This document shows positions 52,083-64,000 of a stretch of DNA of 64,000 nt, in pieces. The notes under the pieces are model-generated. The model searched no databases and had not been told where the DNA came from. It saw nothing but the letters and a program-made list of their open reading frames with translations. The stretch spans positions 112,344,001-112,408,000 of the forward strand of contig NC_043000.1 of assembly GCF_006345805.1 (NCBI RefSeq). Direction: 5' to 3'. The position numbers and the translations under genes are program-made. This stretch comes from Octopus sinensis. Taxonomy: Eukaryota. Positions within the stretch are counted from its first letter, which is position 1, and each line of letters begins with the position of its first letter.

Positions 52083-52376
52083 GTACACTATATATATATA
52101 TATTTCATGTGTATGTCTGTATTTATATATGGTTTGTGTATGTATGTCTAATGAGTGTGTGTATATGCTTGTCTGTGTGTGTGTGTGTGTGTGTGCAATG
52201 CCTGTGTTTATGTACACACATCATTAGAAATAGCTACGAGATAGGTTTATTTTTTTTAAACGCTCCTATTGATTATTACTATTTTCAAATCTTACATGTT
52301 TAATATTGATTTTGGTATATATAATTTTTTAAAAAGTAGGTAATGCAGTTTATTTTCTGTGTATATCAGTGTAGAC

Positions 52377-52450
<74 letters not shown>

Positions 52451-52485
52451 ATATAATTATTATTGTAAATTAACATCCAATGATG

Positions 52486-52516
<31 letters not shown>

Positions 52517-52794
52517 AAAAAAAAGGAGCAAGAATTTATCGAAAAAATAATTTATATTTGTATTTTGACTAATTGTTTTATCTTTGCTAACGCGTTTAAC
52601 ATTAATTAAGTACCCTACTGTGAGGTTATTGTTGCTATTTACGCTATTATCTTCAGGTAAATAAATTACCATGATTGCAGATACACAAGTTACACACAGT
52701 GTAGCACACATGCACACACACCCCATCTTCTAGATTTGTTGATGATGATGATGTAGTTACATACGTTTCAGTATGCGTGTTCCATGATAATAAA

Positions 52795-52950
52795 GAATAT
52801 GGCTGTGGTTTTATGGTCATGAAGGTTACTTCACAGCCACGTGAGTTTGGATTTGGTCTCACCAGGTGCAATGTTGGGGAAAGTGTTTTCTATAGCCTAC
52901 AGCTGACCAATTCCTTGTGAGTTAGTTGGCAGACTGAGGCAGTTGTTTAT
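52795..52950 (+). mobile_element. SINE family D, 5' half, degenerate
   Basis: tggctgtggtt...gggaaagtgttttctatagcc...gcagactgag. Confidence 0.55.
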
Positions 52951-52959
52951 GTACACACA

Positions 52960-53167
52960 CACACTGGTGCCATGTAATAAGCACCCAGTGCCACTCTGTA
53001 AAGTGTTTGGTATTAGGAAAGGCATCCAGCCATAGAAACCATGCCAAAACAGACAATTGGGTTTGGTGCAGCTCTCCAGCCTTGCCAGCTACTCTCAAAG
53101 TGTGTAATCCATGCCAGCATGGAAAGCAGATGCTAAACGATGATGATGATGATGATGATGATGATAT
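52960..53167 (+). mobile_element. Short RTE-tail repeat
   Basis: gcacccagt...ggaaaggcatccagcc...gcatggaaagcagatgctaaac(gat)n. Confidence 0.75.
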
Positions 53168-53169
53168 AA

Positions 53170-53400
53170 GGCGGCGAGCTGGCAGAATCATTAGCATGCC
53201 GGGCGAAATGCTTTCCGGTATTTCGTCTGCCACTGTGTTCTGAGTTCAAATTCCACCAAGGTCGACTTTGCCTTTCATCCTTTCAGGGTTGATAAATTAA
53301 GTACCAGTTACGCACTGGGGTCGATGTAATCGACTTAATCCGTTTGTCTGTCCTTGTTTGTCCCCTCTGTGTTTAGCCCCTTGTGGGTAGTAAAGAAATA
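53170..53400 (+). mobile_element. SINE family A, full length (reference copy), inserted in a (GAT)n tail
   Basis: A box ctggcagaatcattag, B box gagttcaaattcc, central block gcctttcatcctttc-gggt-gataaattaagtaccag, alpha tail. Confidence 0.9.
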
Positions 53401-53434
53401 GATGATGATGGTGATTTTCACCTTTGATTTAGAT

Positions 53435-53733
53435 CAAGGGTCAGCGAACTGGGCTAAATTACTCCAGATGGGGTAAAAATGAAATTCTTGGGGGTAATGA
53501 GGACATCTTAGACACAAGTAAAATTATATAAAAAAAGACCATGTTCCTTGTTCGGAAATAAATTTTTCTTCTAGCAACACTGCATCTGTCCAGTGTAATG
53601 GGCATGTAAACAGATTCAACAAACCTTTCCAATTCAAAGAATCTATGATTTTCTTCCTTTCAAATCAAGGGAGTAACGTCTGTCCAAATAAATATATTTT
53701 GGGGTTATTGGTTAAAAAGTTCCCTGACCCCTG
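53435..53733. mobile_element. hAT (Charlie/Buster-like) MITE
   Basis: TIRs caagggtcagcgaact / agttccctgacccctg; 8-bp TSD atttagat / atttaggt. Confidence 0.75.
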
Positions 53734-53974
53734 ATTTAGGTAATTGAAAATGTTTGTTTTATTTTTATGCAGTGATAATATTCCTTTATAGTGAGATGTG
53801 TGTCTTCACCACAACAATATTGTATTGATTTCTGATTTATGGTTCTTTTAGTGGATTTGGTGAGTTTTCGTGGTTTTAGTTTATATTTAAAATTTACTGA
53901 CTTTGAGAAGTTTAATTTTTAGGCTCACCTATTTCAGTGACTCTGGGACTTTTAGAGGGAACTAAGTGAAGTGA

Positions 53975-54235
53975 GCAGAATTTGAACTTAGATTGTAAAG
54001 ACAGACAAAATACCTATTTCTTTACTACCCACAAGGGGCTAAATACAGAAGGGACAAACAAGGACAGACAAACAGATTAAGTCGATTATATAGACCCCAG
54101 TGTGTAACTGGTACTTATTTAATCGACCCCGAAAGGATAAAAGGCAAAGTCGACCTCGGCAGAATTTGAACTCAGACAAAATACTGCTAAGCATTTCGCT
54201 TGGCTTGCTAATGATTCTGCCAGCTCACTGCCGTA
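53975..54235 (-). mobile_element. SINE family A with the same dimer junction
   Basis: gacaaaatac|ctatttctttac at ~54013. Confidence 0.75.
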
Positions 54236-55323
54236 GCCCATTCTCAATAATAAACGAGTGAAGAATGAATATGTAATGTGTGAGTTTCTTTGGTGAAAAC
54301 AAAACAAAGAAAAAATGCCATCCCAAAATATAACAATAAATTATTTATGATTTAGCCAGATAATGAAAAGTGATTCTCTGACCATTACAGGTCCTCTATT
54401 GAAAGGCGGGAATGAAGGAAAAATTGTCTTAGCAGGTTTCAATCCACTTGTTGGGCTACTGCACAGTTTCCATTCACTGAATTTTACTCTCATGGCTTCT
54501 ATTGGCTCAGGGTTATGGTGACTCTTGTCCAAAGTGCTGCACAGTGAAATTGATCCCAGAACTTGTTAACCACATGGCCATGTCTGCGATCTGGTCGGGA
54601 TATTTGAAAGAAAATCAACTGTGCTTGTTGCATGGTGGACATTAGACCAATAAATGTGTGTCTTTTATTTTTGAATCAGATGAAGAGAGACAATGCCACT
54701 GACCATTTTGCAGGGTCTCTGAGACTGGTAAGGAGAACCAGTGTTGTCATTTAATGTTTGTTTTCCATGCTGGTATAGGTTGGACAGTTCACCTGGAGCT
54801 GGTGAGCCAGAGGTTGGCATCAAGCTCAGCTGTCCCCTTTGGCATATTTTCTATGGTTGGATGCCCTTTCTATTGTCTGTATTGGGTGGTTTTTACATAA
54901 CACCAGCACCAGCGAGATCACTGAATAACTCACAAGGCAAGACTCTTCAACTGAGGGGAGTAGGATCGACGTGGGTTTTATGCCAGGTGATGAAAGGTTA
55001 AAGTATGATACAGCGACAAAACCAGGTGTCTTGTTGCGTTGAGGATGTATGGCTAGCCCTGTTGAAAAACGGAGAAGGTGGTAGTGATGATGTGTCAGGA
55101 TGTGAATATGAGAGAAGTGGTCAAGAGGTTTGGATAGGACGAGTGGGAAAAGGAAGACGAAATGATGGCTCTTTATGCTGCTCATTTCAATGTATAAAAA
55201 TATCTGCCTGAAAGCTGCATTCATTTACACCAGCTTAGACTGTCCAAAGTTCTGTTCAGTGGTTGGGAAAATTTAACAGGAACAAACATTGCTTTTGGTT
55301 TATTCTCAGAGGAGAGACCTTAA

Positions 55324-55580
55324 CCCTTTAGCATTCTGATAACTCTGTCATATAAATAATATTAGGGTAATAAGAATTATAGAAATTATTATTACCAGTG
55401 GCCTAGCACAAAAAAAAAAAATAGTCAATAGACTATATATTATTCACATAAAAATATCATGTACATTAGAACACATTAAGAATTTATCCATAATTAGTGG
55501 TTTGAGTTTTCTACTGCTCTTTCTAGCACAGACTTTCTTATTTGGAAGCCTCTTAATATGTTCTAATGTACACAATATTG

Positions 55581-55618
<38 letters not shown>

Positions 55619-55798
55619 CTTATTCACATAGTATGGAATTAATCCTGCAGTATCTCATAGCTTTGAAATTTTGATGATGTAATAGTTTATTTTTAGAATG
55701 ACATTGTAGGATAGGTGGGGGAGGTCAGATCTGGCTGGCTGGTTTGAACATAGAACAGGATGTTTGTGCTGGATATAGCTGGTTTAAATGCTAAAAGG
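55324..55798. mobile_element. piggyBac-type MITE with nested foldback (55460-55572)
   Basis: TTAA flanks (55320-55323, 55799-55802); TIRs ccctttagcatt / aatgctaaaagg; nested 22-bp inverted repeat with 1 mismatch. Confidence 0.75.
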
Positions 55799-56568
55799 TT
55801 AAACTATTACCCCATGGATACAAGATGGTGAAGTCTGGGATGCAGGGAAAACAGACAAACAAACAAAAGCTGTTGAATACCTTTGTCAGAACTGATCTTG
55901 GGACTAAACAACATGAACAACAGCAACCACCACCCATTCTGCATTATATAAACAGTCTGATCTAATAAAAGACTGCAGCCGAAACAATAGGTATTAGTGA
56001 CCAATGCCATAGTTTCGATGGTGGAAAGAAAGAATTCTATTCTTCCCATTTATTATTTCTGTTAAATAATTGTTTATAAAAAATATAATTGTTACTATTT
56101 ATAATATACGAAGTGAAAACAAATTTCTGTGTGGATGTTATTATTTTTTTTTATCAGGTTGCGTCTATTTTAAGTGTTTCTTTTGTGTTCATCCTTGCTA
56201 ATCTTTGATGCTAGTCATAATTGGTTTGTCTACAAACACAAATTCCACAACTGGTTTCGTTTCAACCAACACAACCTTTGTGTCATTGACTTCTTCTCTG
56301 TTACAGACTCCTGATATAATTATCACCAACTTACTGTGTTATCATGACATGGGTTACAGAGATCTGCTTTGATGGACACATGGTTTTATTTTTCCAATGT
56401 TGGCTTGGATTGGATAAAATTCCTTTTGGTGACATTCCATGGTTGGATTTCCTTTCTGATGCTAATCATTACATGTTTTGGTAGCTTCACCAAACTCATG
56501 GCCCACAGCAGTGAATATTCCACTGTCAAACATTTTCTTCATCATCTCTACCTTTCTGTTTAGAGAAG

Positions 56569-56962
56569 ACATTTGTCTGCGTCATTTATTAAGATCAAAT
56601 GCCTCTGTTCTATATTTAAGAGATGAGGAATTATATACATTATTTACATTTGACGGATATTTGTCCTCATCTTGTTTGTTGTTAACACAATGTTTCGGAT
56701 GATATATCCTCCAGCCTTCATCAGGTGTCTTGGGGAAATTTCGAACCTGGGTTCTCATTCCTAAGGTATTTTTCATTGTTGTTATTATTATTATTCAGGT
56801 CACTGCCTAGAATCGAACTCGGAATCTTGGGGTTAGTAGCCCGTGCTCTTAACCACTATGCCATATGCCCGTGATGAAGGCTGGAGGGTATATCAGCCGA
56901 AAAGTTGTGTTAGTGACAAACAAGACGAGGACAAATATCTGTCAAATGTAAATAGTGTAAAT
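56569..56962 (-). mobile_element. tRNA-headed, hammerhead-bearing non-autonomous element with an inverted partial copy
   Basis: Minus strand: tRNA-like head 56870-56796, (AAT)n linker, hammerhead 56729-56684, tail. 56872-56962 is an inverted copy starting inside the ribozyme core. Confidence 0.7.
56684..56729 (-). ncRNA. Minimal type I hammerhead ribozyme motif
   Basis: GACAC-CTGATGA-A-GGCTG..CATCC-GAAAC-ATT-GTGTT; the inverted copy supplies CAGCC and GTT. Confidence 0.7.
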
Positions 56963-57721
56963 GCCTGTGTGTCTCTTTTGTTTACTGGTCCCATGTTGAT
57001 GGCTACATGTATGTAAATCCGAATAAAATATTCACAGCCTTGCAGCACAATGCTGTAAACATGAGTGATAGTTAGTGCATTGAGGCTAGCTGAGCATTGT
57101 GGGTGGTTGCTAGGGTACATTTCTGTGGTACAAGCATAATCTACTGATTACTGCCCTGCATTGTCAGACCACTCCCTCGTTCAGTGTGATATGGTTTACA
57201 GTCGAGCATAACCATGTTATCCTGGATCACTGATCAATGAATCCCTGATAAACAAGGCTACGTACACTGTTTTGTCCCTTACCATGCAGTACCTCATCTC
57301 CTATGTTATATCTTGTTCCCTTTATCATAAATTGTAATTTTAACATCCACTTTTCTATGCTTGCATGGATCTGATAGAATTTGTTGGGGAAGATTTTCCA
57401 TGGCCAAATACCTTTCCTGTTACCAACCGTCCCCTATTTCCAAGTAAGGTGTTATTTCTCCTCAGTCAGACACCTTTTTCATGAAAGGCTGGAAATAAAA
57501 AAACAACCTCACTTGTATGATACAATGTTTGTTTTCAACCATCATGTGATGTCAGGGCAAGGTCACACACGCTACACACACGCACTAGGCTTCTTTCAGT
57601 TTCCATCTACCAAATCCATTGATAAGGCTTTAGTTGGACCAGGGCTATAGAAGACATTTTCCCAAGGTACTGTAGAATGGGATTGAACCTAAGACCACAT
57701 AGTTGGAAAACAAGCTTACAA

Positions 57722-58020
57722 CATCACCATCATCATCATCATTGTTTAACGTCTGTTTTCTATGCTGGCATGGGTCGGATGGTTCGACTGATGTCTGGGA
57801 AACTAGGAGGTTGCACCAGGCTCCAGTCTGATCTGGCAGTGTTTCTACAGCTGGATGCCCTTCCTAACGCCAACCACTCCAAGAGTGTAGTGGGTGCTTT
57901 CTTTACGTGCCACTGGCACAGGTGCCAGGGGAGGCTGGCATTGACCATGATCAGATGCTGCTTTTTACGTGCCACAAGCATGGGAGCCAATCAAGGCAGC
58001 ACTGGTATCGGCCAAGACCC
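57722..58020 (-). mobile_element. Short RTE-tail repeat with diverged array units
   Basis: Reverse complement of the tail, with tttacgtgcca-containing units. Confidence 0.75.
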
Positions 58021-58751
58021 TAATGTATAATACTAGGACCCTATGTGTAATACCTGATTCCTGTAATCACTGTGGTCCTTAAACATTTCAGTTATTTTAC
58101 CATTGTATTTTTCTTTTTGTTTTAATCAAAGATTGTTGATATTTTTGTCTTAGAGGGAGGAGTTATAAACTTTAACAAAAATTATTTTATAGCTGCTTCA
58201 AATATTTAATGAATGTTGTAACGGGTTTTAGATAATTAATTCAGTGCGGGTCAAAAGAGTGGAAGTGAAAAACAAAAAAATAAATAAATAAAATTCTTTA
58301 AATTTTGACATGTCTGTCATTAGGAATGTTTATCAATAGCAGGAATGTAAGAGGCAGAAATTCACTTTTTGAACTGAACATTCAGAAATGGTAATGATGG
58401 CAGTAGTATTAGTAGTGGTTGTAGTAGTCATGGTAGCAGTGGTAGTAGTGGTGGTAGTCGTAATAATAATTTGTACAAAAGTGTTGTTAATATTTAGAAA
58501 TTCAAAGAATTTATAAACCTTCTATAAAAATGAACTCAATAGAATTTAAGAATAATTGTGGCTTATTTTGTTCTTTTGTTTTCTGGTCCACCACTTCTCC
58601 CCATCGCTACAATGGACTCTTCTAAGATTCTGGCCTTATTCTCACCTTCCAGTTTTTCATTTTGAGAATCATTCCTACTTCATCATAGAATGGTACCTTT
58701 TAATTTTGGCAAATGCTGACTACCTGCTCCTCCATACAATATGTAAGTCAG

Positions 58752-59090
58752 TGTGGAGGTGCAATGGCCCAGTGGTTAGGGCAGCGGACTTGTGGTCGTA
58801 GAATTGCAGTTTCAATTCCATGACCAGGCGTTGTGAGTGTTTATTGAGCGATGAAGCTCCAGCAGGGGTTGGTGGCGAACCCTGCTGTACTCTTTCACAA
58901 CTTTCTCTCTTTCTTCCTGTTTCTGTTGTACCTGTATTTCGAAGGGGCCAACCTTGTCACACTCTGTGTCACACTGAATCTGCCCGTTAAGTGAACATGT
59001 CTGTGGAGTGCTCAACCAATTGCACGTTAATTTCACGAGCAGGCTGTTCTGTTGATCGGATCAACTGGGACCCTTGTCATGTGACTCAAT
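58752..59090 (+). mobile_element. SINE family B with a third tail type
   Basis: Head and body as at 2852; sequence after ~58930 differs from the 8446 and 20450 copies. Confidence 0.75.
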
Positions 59091-59735
59091 GAGGGAGTCA
59101 CTATATAGTTACTTGATGACCAGCAATAGCTGTTCTTCCTCAAGTCACATACAAACATCTTTGAAAAACGAAGGACATACTGGATAATGTGGTCCTTAAT
59201 ACAAGATGGTCACGTTGGAATGCTTTTGATCATAGGTCTTTGGGATTAGGGCTGACCCCAAGGCAAAACAAGCGCACCAACAACAAACACCCTTGCATTA
59301 ATCTTACGAAAATCTCATTTGTTTGAAATGTCTTTCTTATTCTGGCATTTAAAAAGAAACAAAAATTACTTTACAAAGCTTAACTTGACAGAAGCTTGAC
59401 AGAAAGGAATCTTAGCATTATTGCCAGAAATGTGCCACGGGGAAATCCCAACATGAAGACTTTGGTGACAACAGTGTGAAAATGATGTTAGTGAATCACA
59501 CAGTTCTTTGTGAACTAAGATATCTGTCAAGGTTCATGACTTAGTCATTTCCTTTGAATATAATCCAAAAATCACCCCTTCTCTCCCTTTCCACCATTCC
59601 ACTGTTAATTTCTTTGAATCAAATCTAAATGGTCCCTAACTATTTTTTGCTTATGGATCCCTTTGGTTTGTATTCTACTCAAGTGGACCCTCATAGCCAT
59701 TTGATGTTTAAAAAATCTTATATTTTTATAGTTAA

Positions 59736-59957
59736 CCCTTTTGATACCAACCCGGCCAAAACCGCCTCTGGCTCTGTAGTACAAATGTCTTGTTTTCATA
59801 AATTTTGAATTAAAATCTTCCACCAAACCTTAGTCACAATTTATGTTCCCAACACTAGCTTAATGATAACTAAGTTCTTTTACTAAATTCTTTGTTATAT
59901 TTAAAATTAATTGATTGAAACACAGAGCATCTCAAAATAAATATGGTAACAAAAGGG
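59736..59957. mobile_element. piggyBac-type MITE
   Basis: TTAA flanks; TIRs cccttttgatacca / tggtaacaaaaggg (1 mismatch). Confidence 0.8.
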
Positions 59958-60883
59958 TTAAATATTATAAGGAATTGTATAAAATAATTGTTAAAATATT
60001 TTGTATATTTTAGAAGTATAACATTGGGAGTTAAAGGGAAACTTGTTAGGAATTAACATTGGTAATTTCCTGGAATGTGGAACACAGCCAATGAAGACAA
60101 TGTTTTGTGACTTGACAGTATTAATACCAATAATTCTAACAGACAGCTGCTCTCACCATAACTAGTTTCCATGGACACTTTTGAACATGTTTAAACCATG
60201 TTATGTGTGTCATAACTTGTTGTTTAGTCCCGGTTCCACAGATCTGTGATCAAAGAGATCTTAGTCATGACCCTGTGTTCTAGGATTACAACATCGAGTG
60301 TTTTTTCTCCTGTAAGTCATTAAGGTGAGAAGTGGAAGAGATTTTGCCTGTTATTTCTAGCAAGTTGAACACCCACCTATCTTATTTACCTCATTGGCCC
60401 ATTATCAAGAATATGGCGGTGAAGAGGGAGAGGTCTGTTAGCAGCAATAACGGGAGAGAGAGGAACGGAATTGTTCCGGTTCACTAGATGTGCAGTGAGT
60501 CAGAGAAATTGCTTGTGCACATCGAGAAGGTGACTGACTGCACATCGAGAGGTGACTGCATTGATATGCAGATGCAGTACAGCATATGGATGAATGATGC
60601 ATGTTAAGGGTGGAGGCTTTGCTGTGAAGCAAGCTGTTGTAGGACTGGGATATTGAGTCTGGCAGCTGATGCGGGATAAGGATGACTGGTGATATCCCAT
60701 CCAACCATGACGAAATATTTATAAAGGTGTTGATGGTGATGATGATTGTTGCCATATGAGATTACTTGTGAATGTTCATATTTCCTAGAATATCTTTGCA
60801 CATAAACACATGCATGTGCATACATGCATAGGAACAGAAATGTACACATTCCTGCATGTGTATATGTATGCGTAGATACATAC

Positions 60884-60917
<34 letters not shown>

Positions 60918-60928
60918 TCACATGTGGT

Positions 60929-60973
<45 letters not shown>

Positions 60974-60996
60974 GTGTATTTATATATAGATATGTG

Positions 60997-61042
<46 letters not shown>

Positions 61043-61353
61043 TGTATTTATATATATATGTGTATATACATACATATATGATAACTACATATATTCAAAA
61101 GATAAGCACATATATATACACATAATGTATTTATACAAATATGCTTACATGGAGCATGAAAAATAGAAAACGTTAAGGAAGGATAGTTTCTTTTTGATTT
61201 GATGTCATAGAAGAGAGTCCGCCACCTTGTTCAAGCAATGAAGTCGTATGTTATGTATGCTTACATACAAGCACGTGTATTCTTATATATATGTGTGTAT
61301 ATGTTTTGTAGACACATACATATAGTCATTCACTCATTATTGTTGCTGTTTAA

Positions 61354-61812
61354 CCCTTTAGCAATCAGATTACTCTGTCAAACATAATGCTTATTTATCC
61401 AAATTGGTTTGAATTAATCATGATTAAACATGCATTATCTTGCAGCTTCAAGATTTCTATGAGATGATTGCTTATTTTTAATGACATTGTAGGATAAGGT
61501 GCAAGAGGCTGGACCTGGTCAGTTTGAACATAAAATGGGTGGAATAACGGTGGCAAGCTGGCAGAAACATGAGCACACTGGGTGAAATGCTTAGCGGTAT
61601 TTCATCTGTCTTTACGTTCTGGGTGCAAATTCCGCTGAGGTCGACTTTGCCTTTCATCCTTTCAGGATTGATAAATTAAGTACCAGGTGAGTGCTGGGGT
61701 CGATCTAATCAACTGGCCCCCTCTCCCAAAATTTCAGGCCTGGTACCTAGAGTAGAAAAGAAAAAGGAAAAAAAAAATGGGTGGAATAATGGCCAGTCTA
61801 AAAGCCAAAGGG
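61354..61812. mobile_element. piggyBac-type MITE (same family as 55324)
   Basis: TTAA flanks; ccctttagc / gccaaaggg; interior similar to 55630-55790. Confidence 0.7.
61548..61773 (+). mobile_element. SINE family A (beta tail) with 16-bp TSD, inside the MITE
   Basis: TSD aaaatgggtggaataa at 61532-61547 and 61774-61789. Confidence 0.9.
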
Positions 61813-62764
61813 TTAAGGAAATATCATTTAAAGAATATTGCTCTTACTGTTTCCAACAAGCCATTGTTTATTGTCCCATGATACTTGTTGACATCTAGGT
61901 GCTGGTTATAAAATATTGTCGATGTTTTGGATACCATGACAGTAACACCACAATGGCAACACTCTACATATTCTTGTGTGTCCCCTTCTATCAGAGAAGC
62001 CCCAAATCAGGAACTCTTTTAACAATTCATTCAGCTGTTACCAGTTTTCTGACCCTCTGTCTTGTGTTGCAAGGGAAAGTTGTGGTGCTCATGGTTTTCC
62101 AGGAAGTATGAACAGCATAATTGAATCAGTGTCAATTGAAACCCAAAATGGTTTCAGCTTGCACTTGCTGGAGACTTGGTTGTTTTATTTTTCTTTGTAC
62201 CACTTTGTACCATTGAAGGCTACTGAACCATTTGTTTGCTATGAATTTATAGTCAGTCAAATTGACCCCTTCCCCCAATAGATGTCTGGTATTTAACCCT
62301 AAAGAGATTGAAACTTGGAATGAAGAGGGAAGACAATAAATATAACAAGATGTTTAGTTTGGCTCTCCACCATTTCTACTGCATTTCTGACTGACTTCTG
62401 ATTGAAGAGGAATTGATTAGGTATGGGTCTATATTTCGTATTGTTGAATGCTTAGTGTATTGATCTAGCTGCAGTATATTATTGATACCTTATTGATTGA
62501 TCCTAGTGGTCATTTTGTTTGGCGGTTGAAAACTGAAGTCTACCTGTGTGGCAATGATGGTGATGATCTTCCCACCAAAGGCAATGTCTGAAATTTTGTG
62601 GCAGGGAGTAAGTTGGTTACACTGACCCTAGTGTTCAATATATATTTATTTCATCAACCCTGGAAATACAAAAGGCAAAGATGATGATGATAATAATAAT
62701 AATAATAGTAATTAGAAAATTAATATTTTAAAATCTCACAATGATATTCAGCAGCAGTACTTTC

Positions 62765-63038
62765 GAGTAAAGATTGTTTGCCAACATAACATAGCAGTCT
62801 TGGTTTAGGACGAATGTTGCTGTAATTTAGCCCCAGGATGAAGGGAAATAGCCTGGAAATTGCGATACAGGGATATTGCTTTGAGCTGAGTCGGGGTGCT
62901 AGATTCCCTTGTTCGAAAATATAAGGACACAGATTGGATTGTATAGCCAGCTGGAGATGTTTTCTCCTGGGGCTAAATTACAGCAACTTTTGTCCTAAAC
63001 CAGGACTGCCATGTTATGTTAGCAAACAATCTTTACTC
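62765..63038. mobile_element. 274-bp element with 74-bp inverted arms
   Basis: 62765-62838 vs the reverse complement of 62965-63038: 5 mismatches; no TSD seen. Confidence 0.75.
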
Positions 63039-63234
63039 CAATAATATTAATAATGATGGTAATTACACTGATAATGATTTTCTAATTTAAGCAGAAGACC
63101 AACAATTTTGAGGGGAAGGGGTTAACATCATTTGTCGTAATTGTAATTTGGGCCATGAGTACTAGACTAACAAAATATATCCCACCAGATTCAAGTGAAG
63201 AAAAGAACTTGTTTTACTTGGATAAGAGTTATCC

Positions 63235-63500
63235 TTATCGTTTCATGTCTGCCTTCCATACTGGCATGGGTGGGACAGTTTGACAGGAGCTGGCCAGGCA
63301 GGAGCCTGCACCAGACTTCTGTAACTGTTTTGGCAGAATTTTTACAGTTGGATACCCTTCCTAACACCAACTACCCAGCAGAGTGGACTGAGTGCTTTTT
63401 GCATGGCACAAGCACAGGCGAGGTCAGTTTTGGCAAGTTTTTTTTACAGCTGAATGCCCTTCCAAATATGCCAACCACTTTACAGTGTAGACTGGATTCT
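63235..63500 (-). mobile_element. Old RTE-tail repeat
   Basis: ccatactggcatgggtgggacagtttgac...gttggatacccttcctaacaccaac. Confidence 0.6.
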
Positions 63501-64000
63501 TATTAAGTGGCACCTGCACTGACAGGGTCACCAAGGCAAAAATCTTTTGAGTGGGGAGGGGGCATTGGAGGAGGTGATCTCATGTCAGATGATGAAAGGC
63601 TATAGTGAGACAGAGAGACCAAAATAGGCTCTTGCTTTAGAGGAAGTACAAGGTTACCTGGCCAGAGAGAGAGAGAAGAAAGAAACAGGTGTGCTGTTGC
63701 AAACAAAACTGTCCATTGGAAAGAAAACCCAAACAAGAATGCACACGTGGAAGAAGGACTAACTTTCTGGGATGCAACAGGCATGAATACTGTGTTCACA
63801 TGCTAAAAATCTATTGGTGGTCTTATCCCTAATGCTATTGACTCCAGTACATGACTGGTATTTTTTTCATCCTCCACATGGATAAAAAGCAAAAATTTGG
63901 TCAAATTTTGAAAGGTATTGAGCTAGAACAAATACCACAAGGTATTTTTTTTTCTGACATTGACAATTCTGCTTGCTTGTCACCTTTATAGTAATAATAA

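Noticed and set aside
54700-54735. 14-nt micro-exon between ttttgcag and gtaagg
   Set aside because: Such motif pairs are expected by chance in 30 kb of AT-rich intron.

Overview
AT-rich, microsatellite-saturated eukaryotic DNA. The repeat families look like those of a coleoid cephalopod (Octopus-like); this is an inference from memory, not a database result. Almost all listed ORFs are artefacts of simple repeats. Real coding potential is limited to four things: (i) two copies of an R4/Dong-type restriction-endonuclease-like non-LTR retrotransposon inside a (TAA)n tract (1700-2560, 3095-6326); (ii) a near-complete but disabled RTE-clade LINE with an APE endonuclease, RT, an internal PHD finger and a 63-bp hairpin array in its 3'UTR (9098-12979); (iii) older RTE and CR1/L2 fragments; (iv) one probable first coding exon of a host gene (32932-33018, + strand, GTAAGT donor), which would make the remaining ~31 kb intronic. 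The rest is three tRNA-headed SINE families (my working labels A, B, D), many short copies of the RTE 3' tail, hAT- and piggyBac-type MITEs, foldback hairpins and a 2-kb pyrimidine-rich satellite. The most interesting signal is three sequence-unrelated hammerhead-ribozyme motifs (about 16.7, 19.0 and 56.7 kb) in ORF-less elements; two of them have Penelope-like inverted partial repeats. One of these is fused behind a tRNA-derived Pol III head, making it a candidate SINE/retrozyme hybrid. No CRISPR, rRNA or convincing functional tRNA was found. All coordinates and alignments were made by eye, and the ends of degenerate repeats are approximate.
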